From contig CAWDNU010000001.1 in NCBI GenBank assembly GCA_963803705.1, positions 320,001-384,000 of the forward strand: DNA of 64,000 nt, in the 5' to 3' direction. The notes under the pieces were generated by a model. The model was not told the origin of the DNA, did not search any database, and saw only the letters and a list, made by a program, of their open reading frames with translations. Origin of the DNA: an uncultured Pseudobdellovibrionaceae bacterium. GTDB taxonomy: Bacteria > Bdellovibrionota > Bdellovibrionia > Bdellovibrionales > UBA1609. The position numbers and the translations under genes are program-made. Of the stretch, positions 61,239 through 64,000 are shown piece after piece. Each line of letters starts with the position of its first letter. Position 1 is the first letter of the stretch.

Positions 61239-61507
61239 TAGCCCTTGTTGATTGTAATTCATTTTATGTTTTTTGTGAAAGGTTATTCATCCCAAAGCTT
61301 CAGTATAAGCCCGTAGTCGTATTATCAAATAATGATGGATGCGTAGTATCCCGCTCTCTTGAGGTTAAAGCACTTGGTATGCCTATGGGCATACCTTATT
61401 TCAAAATGAAAAGTGAATTTAAAAATTTAGGTTTTTGGCTTAAAATATATCACGCTATATGGGTGGATATATTATCCTATTTTATTAAATGTTTACTGGC
61501 ACCATAA
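61235..61507 (+). pseudogene. Truncated Y-family DNA polymerase (UmuC-like) N-terminus
   Basis: [16 protein letters not shown]...[27 protein letters not shown], then unrelated sequence. Confidence 0.85.
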
Positions 61508-61512
61508 GTGCA
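61496..61512 (+). promoter_or_regulatory. Sigma54 promoter
   Basis: CTGGCACCATAAGTGCA, GG-N10-GC, ~40 bp upstream of ATG 61551. Confidence 0.65.
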
Positions 61513-61550
61513 ATGTTTAATTCAAATATTTTAAAAAAAGGATATAACTT

Positions 61551-62270
61551 ATGTCAGTGTTTATAGATTATTCAAGTGTCGTAAATAATGTTCTCATTTG
61601 CTGTTTTTTCACAAGCGCTTTATTTGGGTCAAACTTAACATTGGCTCAAAATGAGACAGCGGAATCTGAGCCAACAAATAATGTAATTACTTTGCCTGGA
61701 ATAGGCGGAGGCCCAAAAAATCAAACCAGATATAATTTCACTGCAGAAGAGTTTTTTTATCCGATCAAGCCACATGCTGTAAGAGACCATTTGCCTGAAA
61801 AACTTATTTTTGAAGTTGTTCGAGATATGGATTTAGAAACCTTGAAATCAAAATTACAAGAGCAAAGTTGGAAAACAGTATTTCATTGCAATGGACGCGC
61901 GCTCACAGTTGATATGTTTAGGAACACAAGACATCTTGATGGCGTTACAAATCAATCTGTAGTTGATAATTATTCTTTTAATGGTAACCAGGGTGTTGTA
62001 AATCAAACATTTTATCCCCCAGAAGAAAACCCAGACAGATACCCAGAAATTGAATTTCGAACTATAAATATTGATAGTATTGATAATTTAGGTGAAGGGA
62101 ATTTTAATTTTGAATTAAACAGATACGCTCCTCGTGTGTATACTATTATAAAAGTTAGAGAAACAAATGAGATTTTAATTCAGTCAGTAAATGTAAATTC
62201 GCCAGGTGTATGTCCTGACGGTAAACGCCCTGCAGCTCTCCTTGTTCCATTTAACAATTTAATGTCCTAA
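61551..62270 (+). CDS. Secreted hypothetical protein
   Basis: AAGGA RBS; signal-like N-terminus ending TLA-Q. Confidence 0.65.
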   Translation: MSVFIDYSSVVNNVLICCFFTSALFGSNLTLAQNETAESEPTNNVITLPGIGGGPKNQTRYNFTAEEFFYPIKPHAVRDHLPEKLIFEVVRDMDLETLKSKLQEQSWKTVFHCNGRALTVDMFRNTRHLDGVTNQSVVDNYSFNGNQGVVNQTFYPPEENPDRYPEIEFRTINIDSIDNLGEGNFNFELNRYAPRVYTIIKVRETNEILIQSVNVNSPGVCPDGKRPAALLVPFNNLMS

Positions 62271-62369
62271 ATTATTTTAGAGTCTTAAATCACAAATCTT
62301 ATCTGGCCCAAGTCTTCCGAAGAGGGGAGGCAATGGTAGATAGTTTTTTTGAGTAAATAGTTAGTCTTA

Positions 62370-62685
62370 TTTGATTTTAGAATTTGTAAATTAAATGCCA
62401 AAAATTTAAAGTTTTTTTTCATAGTGCTATTTCGAGGGTTTTCTTCTTTTTCTAACATCATCAATATATCTTTGTGATCAATAACCCTATTTTGGGTTTG
62501 CTCTAATACCGTGATTGGATCTAGTACATCGGCCTGATTTTGATTTAGGTACTTTTTTTAAAGCAGTATTTTAAAAACGCAGAGATTGCGGCTTTTTTCC
62601 GAGCTAAAGTTAATTTTTTTAAATTTTGATTTTCTTTTAAGTAAACCAATATATGAAAGTCAGTGATGTCCTTGATAGTTAGCTT
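62370..62685 (-). pseudogene. Tyrosine recombinase (XerC/D-like) N-terminal remnant
   Basis: Manual translation KLTIKDITDFHILVYLKENQNLKKLTLARKKAAISAFLKYCF, frameshift, then KKYLNQNQADVLDPI...RVIDHKDILMMLEKEENPRN. Confidence 0.65.
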
Positions 62686-62724
62686 CTGAAAAGAATAAGA
62701 TTAAAGAAGGACTAAAAATTAGAT

Positions 62725-63318
62725 TCATAAGCAATTTGACTCTCTCAAAAAATGAATCATTTCATCAGTTGTATCAGCAGCGGTCATATGTTCAGTGTAA
62801 AAAATTTTCTTAGCTAATAGGTGATTCGATTTATGAAAGACAAACTCTCTATTTATTTCAAGTTCAGATTCTGTAGGTTCCCTTCTTTGCTCTTTTAAAA
62901 TTAGATCTGCAAATCTTTGATTTAATATTTTAACTGATTCTTCTTTATCACTTGATGGTAAAATTAGAAAAACGTCCGGATATGGATCCAAGAGGCATCT
63001 AGCTACTTCTAACTGCTCTGATTGGGCGTAATGGGAGTGCCCTGCTCCAAAGTCTACTATAGCATTAGGAAAATCTCTTAACAATCCACTTATCGCGTTA
63101 AGCTCAAACGGCTTCCAGTATCTCACTACTTCTTCGAAAGACTTACATTTTTTTTGCTCTAAAAGATCAAAGCCATTTTTGTAGTAGTAAAACCATCTTA
63201 CATCGTCCATTGGTACGTTACGGATATTAAGTTTTCTACTGAGGAGTTCGGCAAGTGTTGATTTGCCAGCGCACATAGGTCCAATAAGGATAATTGAGTT
63301 TTTCATTATATCTGTCAA
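62725..63318 (-). CDS. Shikimate-kinase-like P-loop protein
   Basis: IILIGPMCAGKST...VDFGAG. Confidence 0.7.
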   Translation of the reverse strand: MTDIMKNSIILIGPMCAGKSTLAELLSRKLNIRNVPMDDVRWFYYYKNGFDLLEQKKCKSFEEVVRYWKPFELNAISGLLRDFPNAIVDFGAGHSHYAQSEQLEVARCLLDPYPDVFLILPSSDKEESVKILNQRFADLILKEQRREPTESELEINREFVFHKSNHLLAKKIFYTEHMTAADTTDEMIHFLRESNCL

Positions 63319-63770
63319 GATATAGCATTTGGTACTGAAAACCTATCATTAATTAAAATCCAAAACAATTAATACCCTCAATCGTATTTGATCCTATTCA
63401 AACTGAGCAGCTTTAGGAAAATAATTCTACCTTGCTATACGCAACAATATTTGCAAGGCTCTGCGCTAAGAGCAATCTCTCTCTTTCTGGTTTTGTAATG
63501 ATTAAGTTAACTTAAATGTTGTTTTGGAGAAGCTCGATTTTTGTGAGAAGCAACATAAAATACTCCTAATGATAATGACCCAATTATGCTAAATCTACAC
63601 CGCAAACACTTTATTTTTGTTCCTGACCTCGAATTATAAATTCCGCAAATAAAATAATATCTTTCTCTGAAGTGGTCTTTCCCTTAGTGGCAGATCTAGC
63701 TGCTCAACAGAGATTTTTTGAGTGTGATCAGATATTTCAGAAAGTTCCCTTAATTTTATAGAAATAAAAA

Positions 63771-64000
63771 CTAAGCTGGCTTAACTTCGATAAGTAGCTT
63801 TAGATTCGCCTCATCAACCTGTTGCTGTAAGTAAGCTTTAACCCAGACCTCATGGGGTTCTTTCAGTTTCTTGGCCCATTTAACAGTTGTAAGCATGGAA
63901 GGAAGCCTCCTACCCTTTTCATAGTCACAGATCTTTTGTTTTGTGGTACCTAGTTTTTCAGCTATCTGTTCTTGCGACATTTCTTCACCGAGCCTGTGGG
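63771..64000 (-). CDS. XRE-family HTH regulator (5' end beyond window)
   Basis: MSQEQIAEKLGTTKQKICDYEKGRRLPS. Confidence 0.8.
   Translation of the reverse strand, partial: HRLGEEMSQEQIAEKLGTTKQKICDYEKGRRLPSMLTTVKWAKKLKEPHEVWVKAYLQQQVDEANLKLLIEVKPA

Overview
AT-rich bacterial chromosomal window, most likely from a Bdellovibrionota (Bdellovibrionales-like predator). This is inferred from the protein families and promoter types seen, not from a marker-gene search. The housekeeping backbone comprises rpsB-tsf-pyrH-frr-uppS-cdsA-rseP-tsaB-minD-like (the first ~7 kb carry many single-base frameshifts, probably assembly errors), priA, nagZ/dppBC, anmK, amgK-murU, a PocR-like sigma54 activator, uvrA-mrcA, xseAB-ispA-tlyA, pepP, glpD, mreB, a radC-like gene, a phaR-like gene, TPR-lolB-like and prkA(yeaG)-yeaH-spoVR. 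Features missing from the ORF track are a 6S RNA, an rpsB leader, a 44-aa basic protein, a BrnT toxin split by a 125-bp MITE and an integrase remnant. The most unusual signal is a family of three foldback elements with a shared central hairpin core but long, near-perfect, mutually unrelated inverted arms. Other highlights are a TadG-like gene followed by two secreted Cys/Gly-rich proteins, a possible sigma28->bEBP->sigma54 cascade, an mreB-ECF-like/anti-sigma-like operon, and the absence of three MEP-pathway genes from their usual syntenic slots. No CRISPR array, rRNA or tRNA was recognised.
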